Part shown: piece by piece, positions 24,687-37,699 of the stretch
Layout: each line of letters opens with the position of its first letter
Position numbering within the stretch: the stretch's first letter is position 1
DNA from: Squalus acanthias
Taxonomy: Eukaryota
DNA: 64,000 bases
Direction of reading: 5' to 3'
Assembly: GCA_030390025.1 (NCBI GenBank)
Contig: CM059432.1
Span: 97,218,001 to 97,282,000, forward strand
The notes under the pieces: model-generated
The model's database searches: none
What the model saw: only the letters and a program-made list of their open reading frames with translations
What the model was told of the DNA's origin: nothing
Position numbers and translations under genes: made by a program

Positions 24687-25370
24687 ATGGAGAGGGTGAG
24701 AGAACGAGCTCAGCGCTTCACCGAGCGGGCCTTGGATGCTCTGGTTGGCGCGGTGGAGCGCAGAAAATCTATACTCTTCCCTGAGAGTGGCAGGAGGCCT
24801 TTGCGACGCGAGTACAGAAGAGTGTGGAGGGAGGTGGCTCAGAGCGTCTCCTCCAGGAGCATGGTGCCCAGGACCCATGTTCAATGCTGCAAAAAGTTCA
24901 ACGACCTCACTCGGGTCGTCAGGGTGAGTGGCTTTTTCTCAATACCTCTCCATCCCTCCATCTTAACCTCACTCTATGGCCAGAGGGTCTTAAAACCCCA
25001 ATGCACAACACTCATCCAACACCTATGGCCCTTTCATGAAACACACATACACATTCTACACTTTGCATAGAGTAAGGGCTATTCACCTATGGGAGGCACA
25101 TCAGGCAAGACCATGGCTGCATACAGTAAGGGCTATTCACCTATGGGAGGCACATCAGGCAAGACCATGGCTGTATATTTACTCAGATGCTGTCCTTTTT
25201 CTTGCAGGCCAAGCTGGCACATAATAGGAGACAGCAGCAACGGACAGGTGGAGGGCGGCCTCAGCTGCAACCCCTCAGCCATCTTGAGGAGCGCGTCCAC
25301 AGGATTGTGGCAAGCCGGCTGATCGGTCCCATCGCCACTGGAGACGCCGACCCCGTTCTGGACAGCAATG
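24687..25370 (+). CDS. Harbinger-type Myb/SANT-like DNA-binding protein, exons 24687-24923 and 25208-25370 (3' exons missing)
   Basis: RAQRFTERALDALV...WREVAQSVS...RTHVQCCKKFNDL / AKLAHNRRQQQRTGGG; phase-0 GTGAGT...TTGCAG intron; next donor GTAAGG at 25371. Confidence 0.8.
25071..25178. repeat. 54-bp tandem duplication in Myb gene intron
   Basis: AGTAAGGGCTATTCACCTATGGGAGGCACATCAGGCAAGACCATGGCTG at 25071 and 25125. Confidence 0.9.
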
Positions 25371-25439
25371 GTAAGGTCATCACCTTTTTGTCCTCTGTCC
25401 TTCCACTTGTCCCTCACAACACCAGCCTTTGACACTTTC

Positions 25440-26192
25440 AATCCAACTAGCACGTGGCACTGGTAGCAATCCTGATATTACTACCTTTGAGGTCCTCTTT
25501 TTTAATTTACCTCCTAACTCCCTATATTCTGCTTTTAGTACCTCATCCCGTTTTTTACCTATATCGTTGATGCCTATGTGCACCACGACAACTGGCTGTT
25601 CGCCCTCCCCCTCCAAAGTGTTCTGTAGCCGCTCCGAGTCATCCTTGACCCTTGCACCAGGGAGGCAACACACCATCCTGGAGTCTCGATTGCGGCCGCA
25701 GAAACGCCTATCTATTCCCCTTACAATTGAATCCCCTACCACTATAGCTCTTCCACACTTTTTCCTCCCAGCCTGTGCAGCAGAGCCACCCATGGTGCCA
25801 GGAAGTTGGCTGCTGCCGCCTTCCCCTGATAAGTCATCCCCCCCAACAGCATCCAAAGTGGTATATCTGTTTGAGAGGGGGATGGCCACAGGGGACCCCT
25901 GCACTACCTGCCTGCACCTCTTACTCTGCCTGGTGGTCACCCATTCACTTCCTGCCTGTACACCCTTTACCTGCGGTGTGACCAACTCGCTAAACGTGTT
26001 ATTCACGACGTTCTCAGCGTCACGAACTCTCCAATATGCATCCATCCGCAGCTCCAGCGCCGCAATGCGGTCCGTCAGTAGCTGCAGCTGGATACATTTC
26101 CCACACACATGGTCGTCAGGGACACAGGAAGTGTCCCTGATTTCCCACATATAGCAGGAGGAGCATATCACGGCGCCGAGCTCTGCTGCCAT
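25440..26192 (-). pseudogene. CR1 ORF1 (zinc finger/leucine zipper + SGNH esterase-like), C-terminus lost
   Basis: CSSC...CGKC, LSNRYTTL, IVVGDSIVRGID, CLPGARV, VHIGIND. Confidence 0.88.
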
Positions 26193-26464
26193 GACTTACC
26201 CTTTAATTAATTAATTAAAATTAAACTAATTGAATCCCACCAATTTCACTTCAATTAAATGATATACTCAAGGGCCCTTGCTTAACAGCAGTCCCCGCTA
26301 CAACACAGAGACTCTAGAAACTATAAACCACAGAATTTAAGTGTGGGAAAAAAGGAGAAAAGAGAAATACTCACCAACCAATCACTTACCTGCTTTCTGG
26401 TGACGTCACACTTTGATTATTTTCTACTTCTCTCTCTCCCGCTCTCGGGGCTCAGATTGGTAAG

Positions 26465-26838
26465 CCTGCCTGTTCGCCTCCGCCTTTTCTCAGCTCCACC
26501 TCGCTGCTGCCGCTCCACCCAGGTCCACCGCCTCTGTGGGCCTACCTGGTCGCCGCCGCAACTTTTACAGCCGCCGCCTCACAGCTGCCGCTCCACCCAG
26601 GTCCGCCGCCTCTGTGGGCCTACCTGTTCATCGCCGCCTTTTATCAGCTCCGCCTCGCCGCAGCCGCTCCACCCAGGTCGCTGCCTCTGTGGGCCTACCT
26701 GTTCGCCGCCTCTTTTATGGCCGCCGCCTCGCCGCAGCCGCTCCACCCACGTCCGCTGCCTCTGTGGGCCTACCTGGTCGCCGCCGCCTTTTCTCAGCTC
26801 CGCCTCGCCGCAGCCGCTCCACCCAGGTCCGCTGCCTC
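26465..26838. repeat. GC-rich tandem array in putative CR1 5' region
   Basis: Recurring CCGCTCCACCCAGGTCCGCYGCCTCTGTGGGCCTACCTG units, about 5 copies, 70-80 bp period. Confidence 0.8.
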
Positions 26839-26839
26839 T

Positions 26840-28225
26840 AGTGATTGGTTTGCATTTGTAATGGCCTTATTGACCTGTGTCACTACTTTTAGTGATTTGT
26901 GTAGTTATACTCCGAGATCCCTTTGTTCATCTATCCTATTTAGATTCTTATTTTCCAAGTAATATGTGACCTCCCTATTTTTCTTACCAAAATGTAATAT
27001 CTCACATTTATCTGTGTTGAAATTCATTTGCCAATTATATGCCCGTTCTGCAAGTTTATTGATGTCTTCTTGTAATTTGTTGCAATCCTCCTCAGTATTG
27101 ACTCTCCACCCAATTTTGTGTAGTCTGCAAATTTAGAAATTGTGTTTTTGATTCCAAAGTCTAAATCGTTAATATAAATTGTGACCAACAGTGGTCCCAG
27201 CACTGATCCTTGTGGAACACCACTTCCCACTTTCTGCCACTCTGAATAGCTACCCTTTACCCCTACTCTCTGATTTCTGTCTTAAAGCCAGCGAGCTATC
27301 CGTTCTACTACTTGTCCCCTGACACCACATTCTCTGACCTTATTCATTAGTCAATTATGTTGTACCATATTGAAGGCCTTTTGAAAAACTGGATAAATTA
27401 CATCTACTATGTATTCAATGAGATTGGTCAAGCAAGACTTTCCCTTTTGAAATCCATGCTGTCTATTCACTATTACATTTTTGGTTACTAGATGTTCTAC
27501 TTTCTCCTTTAGTAGGGATTCCCTTATTTTTCCTACCACTGATATTAAGCTGACTGGTCTATCGTTCCCTGGATATTTTCTATCTCCCTTCTTAAATATG
27601 GATATTACATTAGCTATCCGCCAGTCCTCTGGAACTACACCTTTTTCTAACAAATTATTAAATATGTGTAGTAGTGCCTCTACTATCTGTTCCCTAGATT
27701 CTTTCAAAATGCGCAGATGTAATCCGTCCGGACCAGGGGTTTTATCCTTTTTGAGTTCGATTAATTTTTAAAATATTTTTCCTCTTTTTATTTTAAATGC
27801 GGTTATCTCATTTCTAATCTCATAATTCAATGTCGTGTCCATCTGATCTGTCTCCCTGGTAAATACAGAAGCAAAGTAATTATTTTATATTTCTGCCATT
27901 TCACTATCGCTGCCTGTGATTTTATCCTGTCTATCCCTTAGTGGCCCTATTCCCATCCCGGCTTTCCTTTTTTAATTTATGTGCCTGTAGAATATTTTAC
28001 TATTTAGTTTAATGTTCCTTGATAATTTAATTTCATAGTTCCTCTTTGCCTTCCTAATTGTTTTTTTGACTTCTCTCCTAATCTCTTTATATTCTCCCTT
28101 GTCATGCACTCCCCTGCTGACCATATACTTAATGTATGCCATTTTCCTTACCTTTATGTCTTTATTCATCCATTGTACCTCATCAGTGTTTATTTTGTTC
28201 TTGTTTTTTAGTGGAATATATTTGA
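26840..28225 (-). mobile_element. Older CR1 ORF2 fragment
   Basis: [38 protein letters not shown] with stops and frameshifts. Confidence 0.85.
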
Positions 28226-28329
28226 TAGGCGGATAAATGACCCATGATCATAGCTGAAGTATTATAGTGATGAAAGGGTGAGGATGAAAAAAGGAATGGT
28301 TGAAGAACCTTTAGATAACAATGATGGAC

Positions 28330-28915
28330 CGCAAATGAAATCTCTCAAATCATGGAAACTGACGAAAACTTCACCTCTTCCGCAGTAATTACCCTGTTAA
28401 ATTCCCCATTAAAAGTTAGACCTTTTTGGATTAGGTGTAACTGGAGTTTTAACAGCGTATTGACTGCTAACCAAAAGTTATGGCCCTGGAAAACTAATTT
28501 TAATTTTGTGCAGTGTCAAATTTATTCATTTTAATAAAAATTAACATTTAAGAAACTTTAAAGAATTTTTTTTAAGCTATTGTTCATCTTTATTTCAGGT
28601 TTGCCTTTTCCCCATGTGAGAGCCCCAATCTTTGGTTTGTTCTATCTAATATTTTTAAAAAGTTAGAATTTTAGGAGCTTACCCACTTTCTGGTTTGCGG
28701 TCTGTGAGAATTCTGCATTTTGATTGGCTGCTTAGAAAGCTTGTTGATGTCACAGCAACTCGCACAAGGGGATCCCCATTAACTTCTGTTGATTTGAATT
28801 ACGCGTTGGAAAACCCAAAATTCTCGACATAGACATTGTGAGATCTTTGTGTGAAGCTTACTTCTGGGCCAGTGGGGAACGCCTTTGCTTCACCACTGAC
28901 TGCAAATTCCAGGCC
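28330..28915. mobile_element. MITE family A, partial copy
   Basis: Shares TGGCCCTG(G)AAAACTAATTTT and the GCAAATTCCAGGCC end with 14693-15457. Confidence 0.55.
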
Positions 28916-29595
28916 AATTTGTCTACTTCAGAGCTCATCTGGACAGATGGGATGTTTCTTGACAATAAATATTTTGAATATTACAGAGCCTTGTAGTCCA
29001 TTCCCATTAATGTTGCCGATTGAACAGCACTGATCTCTGACAGAAGAAGCACTGAAGGCTTAGCTTTTCTCAGGTTCCTTTTCCAGTTAGCTTGCAAAAT
29101 TACTGCAACACAGTAACATTTTAACGACCTTTAAAAACATTTCTGACTGTTTCTGGAAGAGTGCAGCAATGAAGATTTTCCACCACTTCAAGCTGTGCCA
29201 TTCTTGTACGTCCCATTTATTCATTTTGTTTGTAGAAAGTAAACACAATAGCAATAGCTGGGTCACCCTACACTTTTGGTTCTTCAGCGATGATTGCAAA
29301 ATGTTCACAGCTTTCACTAATTCTTTAATGTAAGCAACATCATCTTTGAAAATACCAGTGCGACACTTTTCATAAATCCAAGTACACTTGATCAGACTTC
29401 CAGCACCTAATGTGCTTATCCAGATAATTCACCGATTGAACAATATTAATGCCAGATTGCACTGTTGCTCAAGCAAACTCGTGAGCGACTTTGGTTTCTG
29501 TTTCCTTTATTCTTAAAAAACAAGTCATGTCCAAAACCGTTCCAAGTACCATGCCTTCAAAGTGTATGTCACAGTGTCTGTCATACTTCTCATTG

Positions 29596-30755
29596 AATCA
29601 TAGAATCATACAGCACAGAAGGAGGCCATCCGGCTCAACATGCCTGTGCCGGCTCTCTGAAAGAGCTACCAATTAGTCCCACTCCCCTGCTCTTTCCTCA
29701 TTGCTCTGCAATTTTTTTCCTTTTTAAGTAGAGATCCAATTCCCTTTTGAAAGTTACTATTGAATCTGTTTCCACCTGTTCAGGCAGTGCATTCAAGATC
29801 ATAATGACCCGTATTTTCCGATGCCTATAGGTGTGTACACACCCGTAGGGACATCGGAAATTCCGGTTTCAGGCATGTGAAGCGCATGCGCTGAAAACCG
29901 ACATTTCCGATCTTGACAGATCGGACGCCTGCCCTGGGAAAGGGCCTCTGCAGGGGGAGAGTTCCGCTTTCTGCAGAACCTCTGCCCGCAGAAAACCCTT
30001 AGAAATCTTACGCCTGGTAAAAGCAGGCGTAAGGCCTGCTTTTACCAGCATAAGAGTTGAAAAAAGAGTTTTTCACACATTTATAATTTAAAAATACTTT
30101 TAAAAAATGGTAAGTTTTTTTTAGCCCCGTAAAAAACTTTAATTATTTTTTTCAAAAAATTAAATCTTTGTTTAAAAGATTTAATTTATTGTAATTTTAA
30201 CTCATTTTAAAAACAATATGTTTTTTAAAAAATGTATTTAATGTTTTACTATGTTTTTGAGGTGATCTCCATTCATACTTTTGACGGATCTATCTGTCAA
30301 AAGTATGAAGGGAGATTCCCTTCTCCTGTTGGCTGGCCTGGCCCACGTGATCCCAGGGACGCTTGCGAACTGCATGGGCCCTGCGCATTTCGACTTTGGA
30401 GAGGCCCAGGATCGGAAGTGTCCGGACCTCGGGAGTCCCTCAGGTAAGTTCGTAGATTTTTTTTTCCAATAGGAGGCTTCCGCACACAGGAAACCTCCTA
30501 TTGAAAATTATGGGCCAATGACTCGCTGAGCAAACAAAAATTCTCCTCATCGCCACCAGCTTTTTTGCAAATTATCTTATTTGTGTCCTCTGGTTACTGA
30601 CCTTCCTGCCAGTTGAAACAGTTTCTCCCTATTTACTCTATCAAAACCCCTCATAATTTTGAACACCTCTATTAAATCTCCCCTTAACCGTCTCAGTTCT
30701 AAGGAGAACAATCCCAGCTTCTCTAGTCTCTCCAGATAACTTAAACCCCTCATAC
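29596..30755 (-). mobile_element. CR1 3' fragment split by an unrelated insertion of about 700 bp (about 29808-30516)
   Basis: AATCATAG tail and 3' UTR at 29596-29805; CR1 sequence resumes near 30518; insertion ends in a TIR-like AATTATGGGCC. Confidence 0.55.
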
Positions 30756-31709
30756 TTGCTTGATTGGCTCACACATCATATTCATAAAATAAAAAAATAA
30801 AATCACTGTTAATTCAATAATTCTGATTGCCTGAAAAATTACTGAATAGATAAGAAAGCAGTTTTGAAACCAGCACCGAACAAACAGAAAATAGATAGAA
30901 AAACTCAATACAAATACAGCAAACAATTATCAATAAACAATGAACAAAGAGCAGAAGGAGAACCAATTAAATTGTCAAAATATTTTTTCAAGATATTCTC
31001 AGCCACTATCTTACTTTCCCAATAATCCAAAGATATGGATCTAAAATTAAAAGTAATATTTCTAACTTAATAAGCACATAAACAATGTAACAATTCACGA
31101 CAAAAATCATTAAACTCACCCAGAGTTGCCTTGTCTATGTTTTAAATCTCTGGAACAATCTTTCTTTCTCTAGGCCTTATCCTTTTTCTGGCACTTGCGG
31201 TGTTGAATTCTGAGACATATCCGGAGCTTGCATCTCATTTCTTCTGATACAGAGGGTCAACCAGGTCATAGATAACAGCTTCCATTTTGCACCAGTGTAA
31301 GTGTGTGGTTGCTCTGAAAAAAACTCAAAGAATGCCACTTCAAATGCTACCTTCTGCTAACATTGGGGGGTGAGGACAGGGCTTGATTTCGTTATTTAAA
31401 GGCACACTCCAGTCTACTGATTTGACAAACAAGAATATTTTTTTTTCATATGTAGCATTCTAATTGGAAACCATATCCAGGGGAAAAAAAAGTTAATAGT
31501 TACCCGGAACAAAACTATAAGTTATCCCTGCTTCTTTCAGGTTCCAATGGTTTTAATTCTGTATTCTGCTCCCTGCCCTTTCCATTCACCACCCCTCCTC
31601 AAAAGAGGACCATCTTAAACATCATAACCCCAGATCAGTCAATAATTATCTTAATAACTTCATGCATTACATTTCCATAAAAGATTACAGCACTATTAAC
31701 TGATTTATT

Positions 31710-33612
31710 AAATAAAAACTGAAAATGCTGGAAATACACAGCAGGTCAGACAGCATATGTGGACAGAGAAACAGAGATAATGGGGGTGATTTTGCCAATG
31801 GGGACGTGATGGAGGCAGGACTGCTGCTTGTCGGGTTTTAGTCCCACCTCCATCGACATCCGGCCAACCCAGGCTATTTTCCCTTGATTGACCTTGTTAA
31901 GTCCACCCAGCGGGCTCAGCAGGCCAATTAAGGGAAAGCCAGTGACAGAGAACGTCAGCGTATGACGTTTCATCGGTCAAAAATTTTTGACAGATGAATT
32001 GTCATCATTTGACAGCTTTGAGAAGCTGTCAAACACTGACATTCTCTGTTGTTTGGCGAGTTCTTATATTCAAGACTCACCAAACCTATTTCCAGAGCAG
32101 AAAGCAGATGGCTGTTGCATCGGAGAATGCAGCAGCCATTCTGTCATCTCTGCCGTGGAGATGCCGGAGCCTCCGGATCCCCAACGATTGAAGCCTGCAG
32201 GAAGAAACAAAGGTAAGGAAACTTTTTCTAACACTTTTTACTCACCTCATATACTTACCTCTCCACACTTGTACCCATCACTCACCTCCACAGCGCACTT
32301 TTCGACCCCTCTCACCCCCGCAGACCCACTGCTCGCCTCGCTGACCCTGGCGGGGTTTCCCGACGTCGGGAAGCCCGCACTCCTGTTGGAAAAATGGGGA
32401 TAATCCTCTTAACTGCCTGTTAACTACCTGTTAACAGGCAGTGAAGTGGCTGTAATCCCTTCCCGCCACGAGGAGACGGGACCCGGCGCGGGTCGGGTAC
32501 CCGCCTCCTGGGAAGATGGCACGGAGGCGGGTTGGGGCGGGATGGGTACCCGCTCCCAGATTCTGCCATTTTCCCAGCAGTTCCACTTCCAAACCCGCCT
32601 CCCCAGGGCTGGCAAAATTGCCCCCAACATTTCAGGTTGATGACCTTTCATCAGAACTGGAAGCAGTTAAGAGATATAACAGTTTTTAAGCAAGTACAGA
32701 GGCAGGGAAAGGGGGGAGGGGAGGAAAGAACAAAAGGGAAGGTCTAAGATAGGGTGGAAGGCAGGAGTGATTTAAATGACAAAAGGTATGATGGTGCAAG
32801 GAAAAAGGGGATGGTAATGGGACAAGTAAAGGAACAAAAGGCGAGTCTGGAGGAGGTGCATATGGCAACAGCAGAACTATTACCAGCACCTGCTGTTCGG
32901 AAAAATGGTAGCAGTGGTTATAATCTGAAATTGTTGAAGTCGATGTTAAGTCCAGAAGGTTGTAAAGTGACTCATTGAAAGATGAGGTGCTGTTCCTCGA
33001 GCTTCTGTTGAGCTTCATTAGAACAGTGTAGGAGGCTGAGGTCAGAGTGGGAGTGAGACGGAGAATTAAAATGGCAAGCGAATGGAAACTCAGGAATATG
33101 TTTGCGGACTGAACGGAGGTGTTCAGCAAAGTGATCACCCGATCTGCATTTTGTCTCCTCAATGTAGAGGAGACCACATTGTGAGCAGCGAATGCAGTAC
33201 ATTAAATTGAAAGAAGTACAAGTAAATCGCTGGACGGAGTGTTTAGGGTGCTGGAAGGTGGGAAGTGAGGAGGTGAAAGAACAGGTTCTGCATCTCCTGC
33301 GCTTGCGCGGGAAGGTGCTGTGGGAAGGGGAGCAGGTGTTGCCTGCACCATCATCCCTTTTGTCATCTAATCTCTCCTGCCTTCCTCCATATCACAAAAC
33401 TTTCCTTTTGTCTTTTCCTCCCCTCCCCCCTTTACCCTGCCTCTGTACTTGCTTAAAAACTGTTACATCCCTAACTTCTCCAGTTCTGACAAAAGGCTAT
33501 TGACCTGAAACGTTAACTATGTTACTTTCTCCACAGATGCTGCCTGACCTGCTGAGTATTTCCGGCATTTTTTGTTTTTATTTCAGATTTCCAGCATCCA
33601 CAATATTTTGCA
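31710..33612 (-). mobile_element. Penelope-like element with inverted pLTR, interrupted by a MITE
   Basis: YCIRCSQCGLLYIEETK...FAEHLRSV...HFNSPSHS (GIY-YIG); 33345-33612 is an inverted copy of the terminal region. Confidence 0.85.
31782..32625. mobile_element. MITE family B (Harbinger-like), copy 1
   Basis: TIRs GGGGGTGATTTTGCCA / TGGCAAAATTGCCCCC; 3-bp TSD AAT/AAC; homologous to 46663-47497. Confidence 0.85.
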
Positions 33613-34156
33613 ACTGATTTATTAAGTTGGGCATTTACATGTGAACACTATAGAAGAGCAGACATAAGCATTTTAATCAGCCAGTAAAAATGTCAGGTAC
33701 AACTACAATTATTTGGCTGTCTAGAAGCATCACTTGCAATAAGAAAACTGATGAAAAGCCTTACCTCTACGAAGAATATATCAGCGTTTCAATAATTCCC
33801 TGGCTCTGAGGGAAAGACAGAACCTCAAGCCTCACAGTAAACCTTTAACTTACATCCTCAAGAATATTGAGAAATTGCCAGGTCTATCGTTGACCTCTGT
33901 GACTTTGGCTTTTAGCCCTTACTTTCATGGCCAGAGCTCCTGTGTTTCATTTTCATTTGAACATAATTCTCCTCCTGAATCTTTTGTTGCTCAATTGCAG
34001 TTCACGGATTTTGTGCAAATTTCCTCCTGGTTTGCGTGGTCTCCTGGTTGTTGTTCTCCACATTTCCAGAATGTGTTGTGAAAGGCCAGCTGAAGTAACA
34101 CATGAAGAGGCAAGATGAAATGTTTAACTTCAGCTGGGCTGCAGCTACACAATACA

Positions 34157-37012
34157 ACATAAGAACATAAGAAACAGGAGCAGGAGTAGGCTAATTGGCC
34201 CCTCGAGCCTGCTCCGCCATTCAATAAGATCATGGTTTATCCAATCTTGTCCTCAACACCACTTTCCCACTCCCTCCCCATACCCCTTGACTCCCTTGTA
34301 GTTCAAATGTCTGTCAATCTCCGCCTTGAATATATTTAATCAATGGATCAGATCAAAGTTCTGCAGTCCTGCCACATCCAGTCGTGAATGGTGGTGGACC
34401 ATAAAACAACTAACAGGAGGAGGAGGCTCCAAGAATATCCCCATCCTCAATGATGGTGGAGCCCAGCACATGAGTGCAAAAGACAAGGCTGAAGCATTTC
34501 CAACCATCTTCAGCCAGAAGTGCTGGGTGGATGATCCATATCGGCCTACTCCCGAGGTCCCCACCATCACAGAAGACAGTCTTCAGCCAATTCGATTCAC
34601 TCCACGTGATATCAAGAAACGGCTGAGCGCACTGGATACAGCAAAGGCTATGGGCCCCGACAACATCCCGGCTATCGTGCTGAAGACTTGTGCTCCAGAA
34701 CTAGCCACGCCTCTAGCCAAGCTGTTCCAGTACAGCTACAACACTGGCATCTATCCGACAATGTGGAAAACTGCCCAGGTATGTCCTGTCCACAAAAAGC
34801 AGGACAAATCCAATCCGGCCAATTACTGCCCCATCAGTCCACTCTCAATCATCAGCAAAGTGATGGAAGGTGTCATCGACAGTGCTATCAAGCGGCACTT
34901 ACTCACCAATAACCTGCTCACTGATGCCCAGTTTGGGTTCCGCCAAGACCACTGGGCACCCGACCTCATTACAGCCTTGGTCCAAACATGGACAAAGGAG
35001 CTGAATTCCAGAGGTGAGGTGAGAGTGACTGCCCTTGACATCAAGGGAGCATTTGACCGAGTCTGGCATCAAGGAGCCCGAGTAAAACTGAAGTCAATGG
35101 TAATCAAGGGGAAAACGCTCCACTGGCTGGAGGCATACCTAGCACAAAGGAAGATGGTTGTGGTGTTTGAAGGTCAATCATCACAGCCCCAGGACATCGC
35201 TGCAGGAGTTCCTCAGGGCAGTGTCCTAGGCCCAACCATCTTCAGCTGCTTCATCAGTGACCTTCCCTCCAACATAAGGTCAGAAATGGGGATGTTCGCT
35301 GATGACTGCACAGTGTTCAGCGCCATTCATAACTCCTCAGAAAATGAAGCATTCCATGCCCGCATGCAGCAAGACCTGGACGACGTTCAGGCTTGGGCTG
35401 ATAAGTGGCAGGTAACATTCGCGCCACAGAGGTGCCAGACAATGATTAACTCCAACAAGCGAGAATCTGGTCTGACCACCTCCCCTTGACATTCAATGGC
35501 ATTACCATTGCCGAATCCCCCACTTTCAACATCCTGGGGGTCACCATTAACCAGAAACTTAACTGGACCAGCCATATAAATACTGTGGCAACAAGAGCAA
35601 GTCAGAGGCTAGGTATTCTGTGGTGAGTGTCTCACCTCCTGACTCCCCAAAGCCTTTCCACCATCTACAAGGCACAAGTAAGGAGTGTGATGGAATATTC
35701 TCCACTTGCCTGGATGAGTGCAGCTCCAACAACACTCAGGAAGCTCGACACCATCCAGGACAAAGCAGCCCGCTTGATTGGCACCCCATCCACCACCTTA
35801 AACATTCACTCCCTCCACCACCGGCGTAACGTGGCTGCAGTGTGTACCATCTACAAGATGCACTGCAGCAACTCGCCAATGTTTCCTCGGCAGCACCTCC
35901 CAAACCCGCGACCTCTTCCACCTAGAAGGACAAGGGCAGCAGGCGCTTGGGAACACCACCACCTCCAAGTTCCCTCCAAGTCACACACCATCCTGACTTG
36001 GAAGTATATCGCCGATCCTTCATCATCACTGGGTCAAAATCCTGGAACTCCCTACCTAACAGCACTGTGGGAATACCATCACCACACGGACTGCAGCAGT
36101 TCAAGAAGGCAGCTCACCACCACCTTCTCAAGGGCAACTAGGGATGGGCAATAAATGCTGGCCTTGCCAGCGACACCCAGATCCCATAAACGAATTTTTA
36201 AAAAGTGACACCGCCTCCACAGCTCTCCGGGGTAGAGAATTCCAAAGATTCACAACCCTCTGAGAGAAGAAATTCCTTCTCATCTCCATCTTAAATGGGC
36301 GACCCCTTACTCTGAAACTATGCCCCCTAGTTCTAGATACCCCCACTAGGGGAAACATCCTCTCAGCATCCATCCTGTCAATCCCCCTCAGAATCTTATA
36401 TGTTTCAATAAGATCACCTCTCATTCTTCTAAACTCCAATGAGTATAGGCCCAACCTGCTCAACCTTTCGTCATACGTCAACCCCTTCATCCCAGGAATC
36501 AACATAGTGAACCTTCTCTGTACTGCCTCCAATGCAAGTATATCCTTCCTTAAATATGGACGCAGTACTCCAGGTGCGGTCTCACCAGCGCCCTGTAAAG
36601 TTGCATTAAAACTTCCCTACTTTTATACTCCATACCCCTTGCAATAAAGCCTAACATTCCATTAGCCTTCCTAATTACTTGCTGTACCTACATGCTAAAT
36701 TTTTGTGTTTCATGTACTATGACCCCCAGATCCCTTTCTACCGCAGCATTTTGTAGTCTCACTCCATTTAAATAATAATTTGCTTCTTCATTCTTCCTTC
36801 CAAAGTGGATAACCTCACATTTTCCCACATTATACTGCATCTGCCAAATTTTTGCCCACTCACTTAACCTATCTATATCCCTTTGCAGACTCTTTCTGCT
36901 CTCCTCACAACTTGCTAACCCACCTATCTTTGTATCATCAGCAAATTTGGCTATAGTATACTCGGTCCCTTCATCCAAGTCATTAATATAGATTTAAATA
37001 GTTGAGGCCCCA
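34157..37012 (-). mobile_element. CR1 3' portion interrupted by a + strand LINE
   Basis: Tail at 34157-34337; RT C-terminus at 36205-37012 (KFADDTK, QRRFT, WNSLP). Confidence 0.85.
34338..36205 (+). mobile_element. 5'-truncated CR1/L2-group (Crack-like) LINE, RT domain to 3' end
   Basis: [47 protein letters not shown]; 3' UTR with AATAAA. Confidence 0.85.
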
Positions 37013-37699
37013 ACTGTGACTATTATGGGTATGTAGTTTCATTGCTCCTGGAGTGTTTGTTTTGCCAGGTTATATAGGCACCCACTTTTACAAGCTTATG
37101 ATTTTGATTGAATTTTCAGTGGTACGGAGTTGCATTTGGGTAGTTAGGTATTCAGTATTGTATAATATGTTGGAGACAGTTCAATAAAGAGTGAAAAAGA
37201 TGATTCTGGGACTTAGAGCTGTTTGGAGACAGGCTCACAGAGATAAATTTATTTATATTGGAGAAAAGATTGAGAGGAGACATTATGCAAGTGTTTAAAA
37301 CGCTGAGAGGCACAAATAATGTGGATACAGTAAGCAGATTATTTAAATTGGACTGTAAACACGGATAGAGCATAAAAAGTGTAAAATTAACAAGCCTCAA
37401 ACAAGCCTGGGGAGAATAAGGATGGTGGAATAGATTCCCAATATGAACAGTTAAAGCTGTGTCAATTCCAGTTTTAAAAGAGAAATAACAGATAGAGCAG
37501 CCTTAAACTTGGAAATGTTGGGCCAAGGAAAGCAACCAGCGAGGGATGAGTATTGTAGGAGATACTTTGCAGTAAAATCTACCTTTGGAGGGATTAGAAA
37601 GGAACTTTGCAGAAACTTTCCTCAGAAAAGGCAATGGTGGATCTTTAATCCCCAAGGTGAGGCAGGTGGAGATTAAAAATAAAAATTGAGAAACCCACC

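Larger units (their letters stand above)
24328..25435 (+). mobile_element. Truncated PIF/Harbinger element
   Basis: Starts GGGGGAAAAATT where CR1 ORF2 breaks off; carries a spliced Myb/SANT gene; no right TIR seen. Confidence 0.7.
21427..26838 (-). mobile_element. Near full-length CR1 LINE, interrupted by a Harbinger fragment
   Basis: (ACATAGAA)n tail at 21427; ORF2 21528-24326; ORF1 about 25440-26192; GC-rich repeated 5' region. Confidence 0.9.

Noticed and set aside
26343..26962. Pro/Arg/Ala-rich ORFs
   Set aside because: Translations of the tandem array.
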